Shown here piece after piece: positions 45,683 to 55,457 of a DNA stretch of 64,000 nt. Source of the DNA: Thermoplasmata archaeon (lineage in GTDB: Archaea; Thermoplasmatota; Thermoplasmata; UBA10834); assembly GCA_035529455.1 (NCBI GenBank), contig DATKWQ010000040.1, positions 34,071-98,070 on the forward strand, given 5' to 3'. Position 1 is the first letter of the stretch. Each line of letters starts with the position of its first letter. The notes beneath the pieces were generated by a model. It saw only the letters and a list, made by a program, of their open reading frames with translations. It made no database searches and was not told where the DNA came from. Made by a program: the position numbers and the translations under genes.

Positions 45683-46315
45683 TCACCCCTTCTTGGCGGA
45701 TCCGCCCTTCTTCTTGGCAGTGGTCTTCGTCGCCTTCTTCTTCGTAGGTCTCTTCTTCTGGGGTTCGGTCTCAGGAGCGACGGCTGGCCGGCCGTCCTCC
45801 AGAGTCTTTGCCGCCTGGGTCGCGAGCCTTTTGAATCTATCTAACGCCACGGGCCATCTCTCGTTCAACTCAACGGCGAACGACTCCGAGACGGCCTGCG
45901 CGTGTGACAATCGTATTGGTCGGAAGCCCGCCTTTGAAAGGCGTTTGTTGACCGGTTCGGTCGACTTCAAGACCCTCTCCCATGTGAACAGTCTTCCTAT
46001 GCCATCCAGTTCCTTCACAAGGTCACCGATGTACTCCGTGCCCAGCTGGGCCAGCAACCTGATGTACAGCCCTCGCAAGTCCTTGGCGGCCTTCATCGCG
46101 GCTCTCCTCAACCCTTCCATGAACTCATCGAGCTGCTCTTCGCCCATCTCGCCCAGGGCGTTCGGTGAAGATGCCATCGAATCCCTTGCCGCGGACATGA
46201 TTGCCGGCTCGAGGTCCATCTCTATCGAGCGTATGATGACTATGCCATGTCTGGCGAGGGCCGCCTTCGATTCGGTCAAGTCCTTGTACTGGCGAGGGTC
46301 GATGGTCCGTTGCAT
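45683..46315 (-). CDS. Hypothetical protein with a C-terminal lysine-rich tail
   Basis: 210 aa. Helical N-terminal domain. The C-terminus EPQKKRPTKKKATKTTAKKKGGSAKKG is a strongly basic tail. Confidence 0.35.
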   Translation of the reverse strand: MQRTIDPRQYKDLTESKAALARHGIVIIRSIEMDLEPAIMSAARDSMASSPNALGEMGEEQLDEFMEGLRRAAMKAAKDLRGLYIRLLAQLGTEYIGDLVKELDGIGRLFTWERVLKSTEPVNKRLSKAGFRPIRLSHAQAVSESFAVELNERWPVALDRFKRLATQAAKTLEDGRPAVAPETEPQKKRPTKKKATKTTAKKKGGSAKKG

Positions 46316-46334
46316 GCGCGCACACCTTCGACGT

Positions 46335-47453
46335 CTATATCTCTGTCAGACTTGCTACCTTCTTCTTGTCCAGCTTCTTGATGACCTCGATCAGCAGCTT
46401 GACGGCGTTCTCCGCGTCGGTCAGGCTCAGCATTCCCGCATGGGCGTGGATGTGTCTCGTGGGCACGCCTATCACCAGGCTCGGGCATCCGGCGTTAGAG
46501 ATGTGTATGATCCCAGCGTCGGTGCCGCCTCTCGCGATCTGCGATAGCTGATGTGGTATCTTCGCCTTGTCGGCGGTGGCGATGACGAACTCGAGCAGCT
46601 CCTGGTTCGGTATCATCGACGAGTCGTAGGTTGATATCGACGGCCCTTTGCCCATCTTGGTCGGCGCTTCGTTCGCCTCGATGCCCGGCACGTCTCCCGC
46701 GATGTCGACCTCGAGTGTGAGGCAGACATCCGGCTTGACGACGTACGCGGTCGTACGGGCTCCTCTCAGGCCGACCTCCTCCTGGGTCGTCGCGGCTCCT
46801 ACGACGGTATTCGGGTGGTCGATCTTCTTCTCCTTGAGGGTCTTCACGACCTCCGCCGCGATGAACGCCCCTATGCGGTCGTCGAACGCCTTTCCAATGG
46901 CGATGGTGTCCGAACCCTTCCGCTTGCCGTCGACATAGACCTTCTTGGTCATCGTGGAGAAGGTCGAATCCGGCATGACTGGGTTGCCTATTCTGGCGCC
47001 CATCTCCTTGGCCTCCTCCTCATTGGAGGCGCCGATGTCGATGAACATCTTATCCTTCACGACGACCTTCGACCGTTCCTCAGCAGGGAGCAGGTGTGGG
47101 GGCTTGGCGGCTATGATCCCCGGGATGATCCCCTTCGCGGTCCTGATCTTCACGCGCTGTCCAAGCAGCACCTGGTCGAACCATCCGCCGAGCGGGTTGA
47201 ACGTCAGGTATCCGAGCTTGTTGACCGAGGAAACGATGAATCCGACTTCGTCGACATGGCCCGGTATGAGGACCACAGGAGCGTCTGATCGCCCCTTCTT
47301 CGTGAACAGGAGGGATCCCATTCTGTCGGTCGTTATCGTGTCCGAGTACTTCTTCACATAATCCCTGACTATCCGCGTCGGTTCCTTCTCGAACCCAGCG
47401 GGCCCGAAGCTGTTCGTGAGCTCCTCAAGAAATGCCAGACTCTTTTTGTCCAT
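46335..47453 (-). CDS. M42-family aminopeptidase (FrvX/TET-like)
   Basis: ORF 46335..47945, but the conserved protein starts at MDKKSLAFLEEL (47453). Motifs LIPGHVDEVGFIV, IGKAFDDRIG and a C-terminal His-rich metal site match M42/TET peptidases. Confidence 0.8.
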   Translation of the reverse strand: MDKKSLAFLEELTNSFGPAGFEKEPTRIVRDYVKKYSDTITTDRMGSLLFTKKGRSDAPVVLIPGHVDEVGFIVSSVNKLGYLTFNPLGGWFDQVLLGQRVKIRTAKGIIPGIIAAKPPHLLPAEERSKVVVKDKMFIDIGASNEEEAKEMGARIGNPVMPDSTFSTMTKKVYVDGKRKGSDTIAIGKAFDDRIGAFIAAEVVKTLKEKKIDHPNTVVGAATTQEEVGLRGARTTAYVVKPDVCLTLEVDIAGDVPGIEANEAPTKMGKGPSISTYDSSMIPNQELLEFVIATADKAKIPHQLSQIARGGTDAGIIHISNAGCPSLVIGVPTRHIHAHAGMLSLTDAENAVKLLIEVIKKLDKKKVASLTEI

Positions 47454-47630
47454 AAGGTCCACCACCTTATTAGCCGCGCAATCAGGGTCGCGACTAATAA
47501 CTCTTGCTATTCTCTCCCGTGCTGTGCCTGCCAGGAGAAGGTTCAATACGGACGCGGGCAATAGTCGCCAAGCCGTGTCAATCGGTCCTGGGGTGCACAC
47601 ACGAAGTGGGCGACGCATGCAATCACCGGG

Positions 47631-48080
47631 ATGGCCATAGGGGCTGTCCTGTCGAAGATCGTTGGGAGCAACTGGCTGGAGCTGGTCTTTCTCGGCGCAG
47701 CGGCGGGTCTGCTGCCTGATGTCGACGTATTTCTCATGCCGCTGTCCAGGAAGGCACACCGATCTGTCTGGACACACAGCCTGTTTGCCTCGGCACTGTT
47801 CTCGTTTGTCTGGCTCATGATTGCACTGATGGTTCTGCGCGGAACCGGTCTTCCCTTCTCTGACACAGCCGCAGCCGCTGCCTCTGTCGCGACGGTGTTC
47901 CTCGCGTCCTTCGCCCATGTCGGGGAAGACTCTCTCACAGTTCAAGGCTGCAAGTTGCTACATCCAATCACGGGGCGGAGGTTCTCCGGGCCCTTCAGAT
48001 ACAACGATGTCGTGGCGAACACGATCCTATCGGTCGTCTCGCTGGCAGTCATTTTCGTGTGTCTGAATATATCAGTGTAG
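47631..48080 (+). CDS. Membrane-bound metal-dependent hydrolase (DUF457/YdjM-like)
   Basis: 149 aa, 3-4 TM helices with conserved His/Asp (HSLF...H.GED). Confidence 0.45.
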   Translation: MAIGAVLSKIVGSNWLELVFLGAAAGLLPDVDVFLMPLSRKAHRSVWTHSLFASALFSFVWLMIALMVLRGTGLPFSDTAAAAASVATVFLASFAHVGEDSLTVQGCKLLHPITGRRFSGPFRYNDVVANTILSVVSLAVIFVCLNISV

Positions 48081-48141
48081 ACGCTCTGCAACCCGGCACC
48101 GTTGATCGTCTATGAGGTAAGTTATAAATTCGCAGAAGCTC

Positions 48142-48552
48142 ATGCGTTGGAACAGGGAGTGGTTACAGGTGTCCCAGATACTGCCAGGCCTCAGATACAC
48201 GAAAGACCATGAGTATGTCAGGATCGAAGGGAAGGTCGCCAAGATTGGGCTGACGGACCACGCTCAGAATGAGCTGACCGAAATCGTCTTTGTCGAGCTC
48301 CCATCCGTGGGCAAGGAGATAGGGGTGGGTGAAGTCGTCGCCAACGTCGAATCCGTCAAGACGGTCTCCGAGGTCTTCGCCCCCGTCTCTGGCGTTGTCA
48401 AGGAGGCGAACGACAGGCTCGTCGACTCTCCAGAGCTGTTGAACACAGACCCATATGGTGAAGGCTGGATAGCCTCTATAGAAGTCAGCGACATATCCAA
48501 CTTCGAGTCGCTCATGTCGGCTGACGATTATCGCAAGCTGTTGGGCGAATAG
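48142..48552 (+). CDS. gcvH: Glycine cleavage system H protein (lipoyl carrier)
   Basis: 136 aa. YTKDHEYV, VESVKTVSEVFAPVSGVV (lipoyl-Lys site) and DPYGEGW. Confidence 0.8.
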   Translation: MRWNREWLQVSQILPGLRYTKDHEYVRIEGKVAKIGLTDHAQNELTEIVFVELPSVGKEIGVGEVVANVESVKTVSEVFAPVSGVVKEANDRLVDSPELLNTDPYGEGWIASIEVSDISNFESLMSADDYRKLLGE

Positions 48553-48574
48553 CCCCTTCCAGTTAGGTGATGTA

Positions 48575-49090
48575 GTGACGAAGCAAGAGCTGTCTCCGGT
48601 CGACGCTGAAGATGTGTTCTCGGGGTTCCCGGTCGTGCTCGGCACCGTGCGGGGGGAGAAGGATAACATCATCACGCTCGCACTTTGCCATGTGTTCTCA
48701 TTCAATCCCGCACTAATAGGCGTCGGTATAGCTCCTGAGCGATTCAGCCATCGGCTGTTCATGGAGAGCAAGGACTTCGCGATCAACGTGCCCGATGTGT
48801 CGCTCCTCAGGGCGGTCAAGATATGCGGCGCCAAATCAGGTAGGGACGTCGACAAGTTCGAGGCGTCTGGGCTGACCCGCGAGAACGGCGCCAAGGTGAC
48901 AGCACCGTTGATAGCGGAATGCCCAGTCAACATCGAATGTGTGAAGACTCACGAGGTCAACACTGGCGATCATACTTGGTTCGTAGGAGAGATTGTTGCC
49001 GCGAGGCAGCGTGAGGACTACGACAAGCGGAAGATGCTCCTGTACTGGGGAGACTATCGTACGATTGGGGAGAGCGTAGGCAAGGGGTGA
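48575..49090 (+). CDS. Flavin reductase-like FMN-binding split-barrel protein
   Basis: 171 aa. FSGFPVVLGTVRGE...NIITLA matches the flavin reductase-like domain. Confidence 0.65.
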   Translation: MTKQELSPVDAEDVFSGFPVVLGTVRGEKDNIITLALCHVFSFNPALIGVGIAPERFSHRLFMESKDFAINVPDVSLLRAVKICGAKSGRDVDKFEASGLTRENGAKVTAPLIAECPVNIECVKTHEVNTGDHTWFVGEIVAARQREDYDKRKMLLYWGDYRTIGESVGKG

Positions 49091-49599
49091 TCTCATTGGA
49101 TGTCATCGATGCGATCGAATCGAGGAGGAGCATAAGGACGTATGAGCGCAAAGTCATTCCAGCAGATGTGATGGCCCAGGTTCTGGAAGCGGCGCGGCTG
49201 GCTCCTTCTGCGAACAACCTGCAGGATTGGAATATCGTCGTTGTAACAGACAGCGAGACGCTCGAGAAGCTCGTCCCCGTATCGGGAGGACAACGATTCG
49301 TCGGCGAGTGCTCCGCATATCTGGTCGGGGTAGCGGAGTCTGGTGGGACAATGTCAACGGTCGACCTTTCGATAGCCCTTGACCACGTGTCATTGAGAGC
49401 CGTGGAGCTGGGGCTCGGGACATGCTGGATAGGTGATTTCGACCCCGAGGGCGTAGCACGGGTTCTCGGCATACCTGATTCTCATGAGATTCCCATATGC
49501 ATGACACTAGGTCATCCCAGTAGTTCGCCTCCCGCGAGGAAGAGGAAGTCGTCTGGGGAGCTGTTCATGGCGAACGGATGGGGTTCGTTATGGCGATGA
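49087..49599 (+). CDS. Nitroreductase-family protein
   Basis: 170 aa. RRSIRTY...LEAARLAPSANNLQDW...GTCWIG. Confidence 0.75.
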   Translation: MISLDVIDAIESRRSIRTYERKVIPADVMAQVLEAARLAPSANNLQDWNIVVVTDSETLEKLVPVSGGQRFVGECSAYLVGVAESGGTMSTVDLSIALDHVSLRAVELGLGTCWIGDFDPEGVARVLGIPDSHEIPICMTLGHPSSSPPARKRKSSGELFMANGWGSLWR

Positions 49600-49692
49600 G
49601 GCTTTCACGACAGACGCTTTGCGCTTGACTGTATGCCATCACTCGAAGCCACTTGTGCTTCGGCCAACGTATAAATTCCAGTATATTCCTTT

Positions 49693-51678
49693 ATGGGCCA
49701 AGCATCACCAACCCCCCATCAGGAGGGCACGATATTGTACATCTTCAGCACCTGTCCGAGGGATTGTCCCGACACTTGTTCCATGATCACCCGTGTCCGT
49801 GCGGAGAAGATACACTCCGTAGAGGCAAACAAGAAACAACCGTTCACGGGGAAGATGATATGTCCCAAAGGCAAGGGTCTGCCCCAGCACGCATACTCCA
49901 AGGATCGAGTCCTACACCCTATGAAACGGGTGGGCAAGAAAGGAGACGGCCAGTTCGAGCGGATCTCATGGAGTGACGCCCTCAAGGAGATCGCGCTGGA
50001 GATTCAGACCCGTTCTACCGAGTTCGGCACCAACTCCGTAGTACAGCTCGGGCACGCAGGTAACATGGGCTTGATCCAGAGGCATTTCCCGAGCAGATTC
50101 TTCAACGCCATAGGTGCGGCGAGAGTGGCAGAGACGATATGTTCCGACGCGGGAGACAAGGCCTTGGAGGTCGTGTACGGCTCGGCCAACGGCATGCTCC
50201 CTGACGAGATCGAGAAGTGCCGGTTGATAGTCGTCTGGGGTATGAACCCTGCCTGGTCAAGCCCACACGGCTTCGAGATGCTCAAGAGGGCGAAGAAATC
50301 GGGCGCGAAGATATACGTCATTGATCCGATAAGGACTGCGACCACCGAGATAGGCACACACCTTCAGATACGCCCCACGACAGACGCCGCCCTCGCGCTC
50401 GGCGTCGTCAACCACCTCATCGAGAACCGTCTTCACAACGAGGAGTTCCTGAGGCTGAACTCGATTGGTTTCGACAAGCTCATTGAGGTCGTGAAGAAGT
50501 TCGACATGCGGTACATCTCGAGGACAACAGGCCTCACCATCGGTCAGATAGAGGATTTCATGGGCGACTACACGTCGATGCGCCCCAGCTGCATAATGAT
50601 CGGCTACGGCATGCAGCGCAACAGGAACGGCGGCGACATGGTGCGCTCCATCAGCATCCTGCCGGCGATTATCGGAGAGAAGCGCGGGTTCTTCTACTCG
50701 ACCGACCTGGGTGAGTTGGACCGAGACTACCTCCAAGGTACAGCGCTGACTTCGAGGTTGCGAGAGGAGCATTGCATGGTCGACTTTGGCAGGACCCTCG
50801 ATTCTGGAAAGGCCAAGATGCTGTTCGTATATGGGTCGAACCCACTCGCCACATTCCCCAACCAGAGACTCCTGCGAAAGGGATTCTCCCGGGAAGATGT
50901 CTATGTCGTCGTCCACGACCTCTTCATGACAGACACTGCGGACTATGCGGACATCGTCCTTCCCGCGACGACCTCCTTCGAACACTTCGACATCCACACA
51001 TCCTACATGCATCAGTACCTGTCATTGAACGAGAGGGCGGTCGAGCCGATGGGGGAGGCCAAGTGCAACTCCGACCTCTTCAGGGCGTTGGCGGCCGAGA
51101 TGAAGCTCAGCTCAAAGGACCTGTTCGAAGAAGACGAGAAGATTGCCCGCACACTAGTCTCAAAGAGCAAGGCGGTTGAGGGCACGTTCGACGCTTTGTC
51201 GAAGAAGGGATTCCTGAGACTGAAGCCCTCGGAGCGATCGATCTACCAGACCCCGAGCGGGAAGATAGAGTTGTATTCATCTTCCGCTGAGATAGAAGGC
51301 CTCGGCGGACTGCCGTCACACATCGAGGTCCGCGGACGGTTGCCCTATCAGTTGCTCTCTCCCGTCCACCAGCATCTGTGCAGGTCGCAATATCACAACC
51401 AACGGCCCGAGATAGAGCATCTGGTCTATATCTCCCCTAAGGACGCGAAGAGCGAGCACCTCGATGCCGGTTCGCAGATCACCCTGAGGAACGAGTTCGG
51501 TGAGACGAATGTGAAGGTGGAGCTGTCAGAGGACGTGCCGGCCGGGGTCCTGCTCTGTTACTCAGCACTGTGGCCGAAGTTGTCTGGCGGCACGAACGTG
51601 AACTTCTTGACGACGGATTTCGTGCAGCGATACGGGCAGTGCTCTGCCCTGAACTCCACCTTCGTGGAGATACTCTGA
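49693..51678 (+). CDS. Molybdopterin (MopB-superfamily) oxidoreductase catalytic subunit, substrate unknown
   Basis: 661 aa. N-terminal 4Fe-4S cysteine cluster C-PRD-C-PDT-C...MICPKG, then MopB-like domains. No Tat signal. Substrate cannot be assigned from sequence alone. Confidence 0.65.
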   Translation: MGQASPTPHQEGTILYIFSTCPRDCPDTCSMITRVRAEKIHSVEANKKQPFTGKMICPKGKGLPQHAYSKDRVLHPMKRVGKKGDGQFERISWSDALKEIALEIQTRSTEFGTNSVVQLGHAGNMGLIQRHFPSRFFNAIGAARVAETICSDAGDKALEVVYGSANGMLPDEIEKCRLIVVWGMNPAWSSPHGFEMLKRAKKSGAKIYVIDPIRTATTEIGTHLQIRPTTDAALALGVVNHLIENRLHNEEFLRLNSIGFDKLIEVVKKFDMRYISRTTGLTIGQIEDFMGDYTSMRPSCIMIGYGMQRNRNGGDMVRSISILPAIIGEKRGFFYSTDLGELDRDYLQGTALTSRLREEHCMVDFGRTLDSGKAKMLFVYGSNPLATFPNQRLLRKGFSREDVYVVVHDLFMTDTADYADIVLPATTSFEHFDIHTSYMHQYLSLNERAVEPMGEAKCNSDLFRALAAEMKLSSKDLFEEDEKIARTLVSKSKAVEGTFDALSKKGFLRLKPSERSIYQTPSGKIELYSSSAEIEGLGGLPSHIEVRGRLPYQLLSPVHQHLCRSQYHNQRPEIEHLVYISPKDAKSEHLDAGSQITLRNEFGETNVKVELSEDVPAGVLLCYSALWPKLSGGTNVNFLTTDFVQRYGQCSALNSTFVEIL

Positions 51679-51707
51679 ACGCGGATCGGCCGCATAGGAC
51701 GAAGAGC

Positions 51708-53072
51708 TCAGACGTATCCGAAGAATTCCTTATGGATCTCCCTCACCGTCGTCCTGAGGTCCTTCTGATCGACCGTGAAATGGTACGCGACGGTCGACGC
51801 CCCCGCCGATATCAGCTCGACGTTGACGTCCTTCGACGCCACTGCCTGGAACACCCTGGCGGCCACGCCCTTCGTGCTCCCGAGGCCTTCTCCAACGGTG
51901 CAGACCAACGCCCTCCCGCCTTCGATATCGAAGCTCTCCCCGACGCCCGCGATGTGCGTCTTCATCGCCTTCTTCGCGGCGGTGACATCGCTATCGTCGA
52001 TTATGATTGCCACGCAGGTCTGGGACGTTGTCGCGGAGAACAGGTTGATGCCCTCGTTCGTCAGGCATGTCGCTATGTCCGATAGGAATCCGGACTTGTA
52101 TCCCGCTCCCGTGTCGTATATCTTGAGAGTCGCGACCTTCGGGACGTATGACACGCTCTTGATCACATCCTTCCTGGTGGCCCTGCTGTTGCCGATGATC
52201 GTGCCTGGGGATTTCGGGTTGTAAAGGTTCTTGATGACCATCTCGATCCCCCGCAACCGGGCAGGTTGGACTGCCCGCGGGTGAAGCACCTGGGCGCCGA
52301 AATACGCCAGCTCTGCCGCCTCTTCGTACGACAGGCGGTCTATCAAAAAGGCGTTCTTCACCATCTTGGGGTCGGCGCTCATGAACCCATCGACCTCCTT
52401 CCAGATCTCAATGGGTCCGGACTTCATCGAGTGGGCTATGACCGAGGCCGTGTAGTCCGTCCCGCTCCTGCCGAAAGTGGATACGTGGCCGTTCTTCGTT
52501 ATGCCGAAAAACCCCGTGACGACTGGCAGAATGCCCTTGCTCATAGCGCTCTCCAGCGTTGGCCTGAGGTTCTTTTCGCACTCGCTCAGGATGGCGACCG
52601 CGTTGAAATGCTGGTTGTTCGTGACCAACCCGAGCGCGTCCGTCTCCATCGCGATCGCGTCAAGTTTCCGATGGGACAGGCGGGCTGCGACGATTATCGC
52701 CGCCAACCTCTCCCCCGCGCTCAGTATGAGGTCGCATGTCCTCGGCGTTAGCTCCTCTGTGTATGTGATCCCGTACAGAAGTCGGTCGAGCTTCGTGATC
52801 TTCTTCTCAATCATCTCGAGTGCTTCCTTTCTCGCGCTGCCATCGCGCTTCGGAAGCATGTCCACATGTCGGAGCTTCAGCTTGAGAAGGAAATCGTCGA
52901 TCTCGCTCTCCTGCCGGGGCACGGAGACGAAGTCCTTCAGCGAACTGGTCACGCCTGATGCTGCCGACACTGTGACGATCTTCTGTTCCGGCTCGTCCTT
53001 CACGACCTTCGCGACTCTTCGGAGGGCGTCCTCATTGCCCAGACATGTGCCTCCGAACTTCATTATCTTCAA
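51708..53072 (-). CDS. lysC: Aspartate kinase
   Basis: 454 aa. MKFGGTCLG N-terminus, amino-acid-kinase fold and C-terminal ACT domains. Confidence 0.85.
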   Translation of the reverse strand: MKIMKFGGTCLGNEDALRRVAKVVKDEPEQKIVTVSAASGVTSSLKDFVSVPRQESEIDDFLLKLKLRHVDMLPKRDGSARKEALEMIEKKITKLDRLLYGITYTEELTPRTCDLILSAGERLAAIIVAARLSHRKLDAIAMETDALGLVTNNQHFNAVAILSECEKNLRPTLESAMSKGILPVVTGFFGITKNGHVSTFGRSGTDYTASVIAHSMKSGPIEIWKEVDGFMSADPKMVKNAFLIDRLSYEEAAELAYFGAQVLHPRAVQPARLRGIEMVIKNLYNPKSPGTIIGNSRATRKDVIKSVSYVPKVATLKIYDTGAGYKSGFLSDIATCLTNEGINLFSATTSQTCVAIIIDDSDVTAAKKAMKTHIAGVGESFDIEGGRALVCTVGEGLGSTKGVAARVFQAVASKDVNVELISAGASTVAYHFTVDQKDLRTTVREIHKEFFGYV

Positions 53073-53854
53073 TCTCTCATCCTCCGCGGCTTCTCGTTGT
53101 CGCCGCCGTCTCCGTACGCGACCGATGACATCCGGCTGTGCGCTGTCATCCTGCGCAGATTGTGCTCGGCCTCGACGATATCGGGCATGTCGCCAGTGAT
53201 GCCCACGGCGCCATCGAGCATGACAAGCCCTCCAATGAAACCGCTCACGCCACTCACGGCTGCGAAGGCGGTCTCGAGACCGCGTCCCCTGTGGACCGCA
53301 TTGCCCAGCGCGGTTGCCATGGCGTCCGCGAGGACTGCCGAGTCCGCGATGGCGACCGATACGTCCGACTCCCCGAGGCTGATCGAGTGTCCCAGCTTAC
53401 CACTGGAAGAACACACGCCAATAATCTTGCCCAGTGGCTCCATCTCGAAAGCGATGGCATCGCGCGTGCAGGGCTCGGAAAACACCTCGATTGTGGTTGG
53501 CTCCTCAACGATGAGGGCTATGTCTCCTCCGTTGTCGACCCAGCCATGGCGACAGCCGTTGGCGACCATCGCCTCCAACCCCGCCTGGGCGACCGCTCCG
53601 GCGACGCAGGCCATCGGGCCTATCCCGACGGCTTCCGACGCTTCGCACATCCTGCGTGTCGTCTCGTTCGCAGCCAGCCCACGGTCATATGGTTCGAACG
53701 TCGTCAGGAAGAACGGGTCGTCGGCTATCTGCCGCTCTATGTCCGCTCTCGCGTGGAGGATCCCCTCAACGGCACGCGGTATGAACCGCTGATCAGCGGC
53801 GATGGTGACGGCGGTTTCATCCACCTCGAACTTCGCTCTCGCGATGCCTCTCAT
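53069..53854 (-). CDS. UPF0280 / ApbE-like family protein
   Basis: ORF 53069..54007; the likely start MRGIARAKFEV at 53854 overlaps the upstream stop by 4 bp. Composition and length (about 260 aa) are typical of archaeal UPF0280. Confidence 0.5.
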   Translation of the reverse strand: MRGIARAKFEVDETAVTIAADQRFIPRAVEGILHARADIERQIADDPFFLTTFEPYDRGLAANETTRRMCEASEAVGIGPMACVAGAVAQAGLEAMVANGCRHGWVDNGGDIALIVEEPTTIEVFSEPCTRDAIAFEMEPLGKIIGVCSSSGKLGHSISLGESDVSVAIADSAVLADAMATALGNAVHRGRGLETAFAAVSGVSGFIGGLVMLDGAVGITGDMPDIVEAEHNLRRMTAHSRMSSVAYGDGGDNEKPRRMRD

Positions 53855-54252
53855 ATCAGGATCTCCATGGCGCGTGGCGGGCAAGCGTCGATGCAGACCC
53901 CGCATGCCACGCATTTCTCCTCGGTGAACAACACCTTGCGAGTCTTCGGGTCGATGCTCAGGGCGTTGGTCGGGCACATGGACACGCAGACGCCGCAGTG
54001 TGTGCAAACGGTGTCGTCCCTCCTGACGCCCTCCTTGATGGGCCTCACGCCGACAGAAGCGCCCTTGAGGTAATCGATTCCCTTGCGGATGCTGTCGGGC
54101 TTTCCCGAGACCTCGATCACCATCTTGCCGCCCACCTCGTCTATCTCGGCGCGCAGTATGTTGACAAGGAGGCCATGCTCCGCGATCAGGTGGTGGGTTA
54201 TCGGCAGGTTCGACGACTCAGGGTTGAAGTTGAGCACAAGTTTGGTCTTCAC
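53851..54252 (-). CDS. NIL-domain / 2x[4Fe-4S] ferredoxin (methanogen MA1822-type)
   Basis: 133 aa. N-terminal NIL-like beta-rich domain, then two CxxCxxCxxxCP motifs (CTHCGVCVSMCP, CVACGVCIDACP). Confidence 0.75.
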   Translation of the reverse strand: MKTKLVLNFNPESSNLPITHHLIAEHGLLVNILRAEIDEVGGKMVIEVSGKPDSIRKGIDYLKGASVGVRPIKEGVRRDDTVCTHCGVCVSMCPTNALSIDPKTRKVLFTEEKCVACGVCIDACPPRAMEILI

Positions 54253-55457
54253 TTCATCGCCTCCTTCTCGCTCCTCGTTTCAAGGGTCTTCATCTGTTTC
54301 TCCATTGGCAGCCTCTGAACCGGCTCCGTTATCACGAAGCTGCCGTCGAGTATCCTCTTCTTGAGCATGGTCGTGATCTCCCTTGCCTTGTACAGGCTCG
54401 ACAGCGGCGAGGTGGGCACTCTCTTGCCCTTGACCGAGACCTCTCCCGAGTTCAGCTCGGCGTACGAGACCTCCTTCAGGACCGCCCTCGACCGCTTCTG
54501 TAGGGCGTAGTCGAAGATGGCTGTGAATATCTTGTCGTCTGTGACTGCGCACGCGTTCGCCATGTCCTCGTCCAGGATCGGTATCGGCACGCCTATGCCG
54601 ACACCCAACGACGCGCCGTATCTCGTGAATGTCAGCCCCTTGACGAACTCGGGGGACATCTGGTTGAGGTCGCCGATCACGGCGAGCGACCCCGCAGGTC
54701 TCTTCGGCACCCCGCGTGGTGTGCGCGCCACGCCCGGGTTGAACTGCGTCCCCTCCCAGGCTACGAACCCCTCTCCGCCACCCAGGAATATGCGCGTACC
54801 GATGCCTATGGTCCTGTAGTACGGGTCGTTCATCAGTGGCGACAGCTCCCCCGCGCTGCTGTAGGTCGCGTTCCCTAGCTCGGGCAGGAGCTTCCCCATG
54901 TATGTGTACAGGGTCTTCTGAGATGAGTTCGCGGCCGCCGCGTAGTTCTGGTAGCAATTGCGGACGTTCATCATCACGGCCTGGTTCATCGTCTTGAGGC
55001 TCACGTAAGTGTCGATCTCCTTGAGCGGATAGCAGTCGGTGCTCGTCGCCGTGGCTCTGAGTCTGACCGCTTTGCCTCTGACCAAGTCCTCGATCACGTG
55101 CGCGCCGCCATGCATCATGTTGTTGGCCTCATCGAGCTCGGTCGCGCCGAGGTACAGGTCGACGGCCGCGAGGCCCGCATAGGCCGGTATTCCATCCAGC
55201 CAAGCCCTCTGGATCTTGATCGGTGGGTCCGAGTGTCCGAGGTTGAAGTACGCTCCGGATGAGCACATGGCTCCGAACGTTCCAGTCGTGACGATATCAA
55301 CTTCATTCGCGGCCTTCTTCACGCCGTTGGACCGCACGAACTCCTTGAATTCCATCGCAGTCATGACCACGGCGTTGCCCTCGCTCGCCCTGGTCTTGAT
55401 CTCGCCATAGGTCTTTCCTTTGACGCCGCTGCTCGAGTCCTTCTTGGGTTTCGTCAC
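54249..55457 (-). CDS. COG1900/DUF39 homocysteine-biosynthesis protein (MA1821-type sulfur-incorporation enzyme)
   Basis: 402 aa. DUF39-like core. Genomic linkage with the NIL-ferredoxin, asd and lysC mirrors the methanogen arrangement. Confidence 0.65.
   Translation of the reverse strand: MTKPKKDSSSGVKGKTYGEIKTRASEGNAVVMTAMEFKEFVRSNGVKKAANEVDIVTTGTFGAMCSSGAYFNLGHSDPPIKIQRAWLDGIPAYAGLAAVDLYLGATELDEANNMMHGGAHVIEDLVRGKAVRLRATATSTDCYPLKEIDTYVSLKTMNQAVMMNVRNCYQNYAAAANSSQKTLYTYMGKLLPELGNATYSSAGELSPLMNDPYYRTIGIGTRIFLGGGEGFVAWEGTQFNPGVARTPRGVPKRPAGSLAVIGDLNQMSPEFVKGLTFTRYGASLGVGIGVPIPILDEDMANACAVTDDKIFTAIFDYALQKRSRAVLKEVSYAELNSGEVSVKGKRVPTSPLSSLYKAREITTMLKKRILDGSFVITEPVQRLPMEKQMKTLETRSEKEAMK

Noticed and set aside
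53138-54073. 311-aa plus-strand ORF antisense to the UPF0280 and NIL-ferredoxin genes
   Set aside because: It spans two well-supported, translationally coupled minus-strand genes. It is a spurious long ORF from GC skew.
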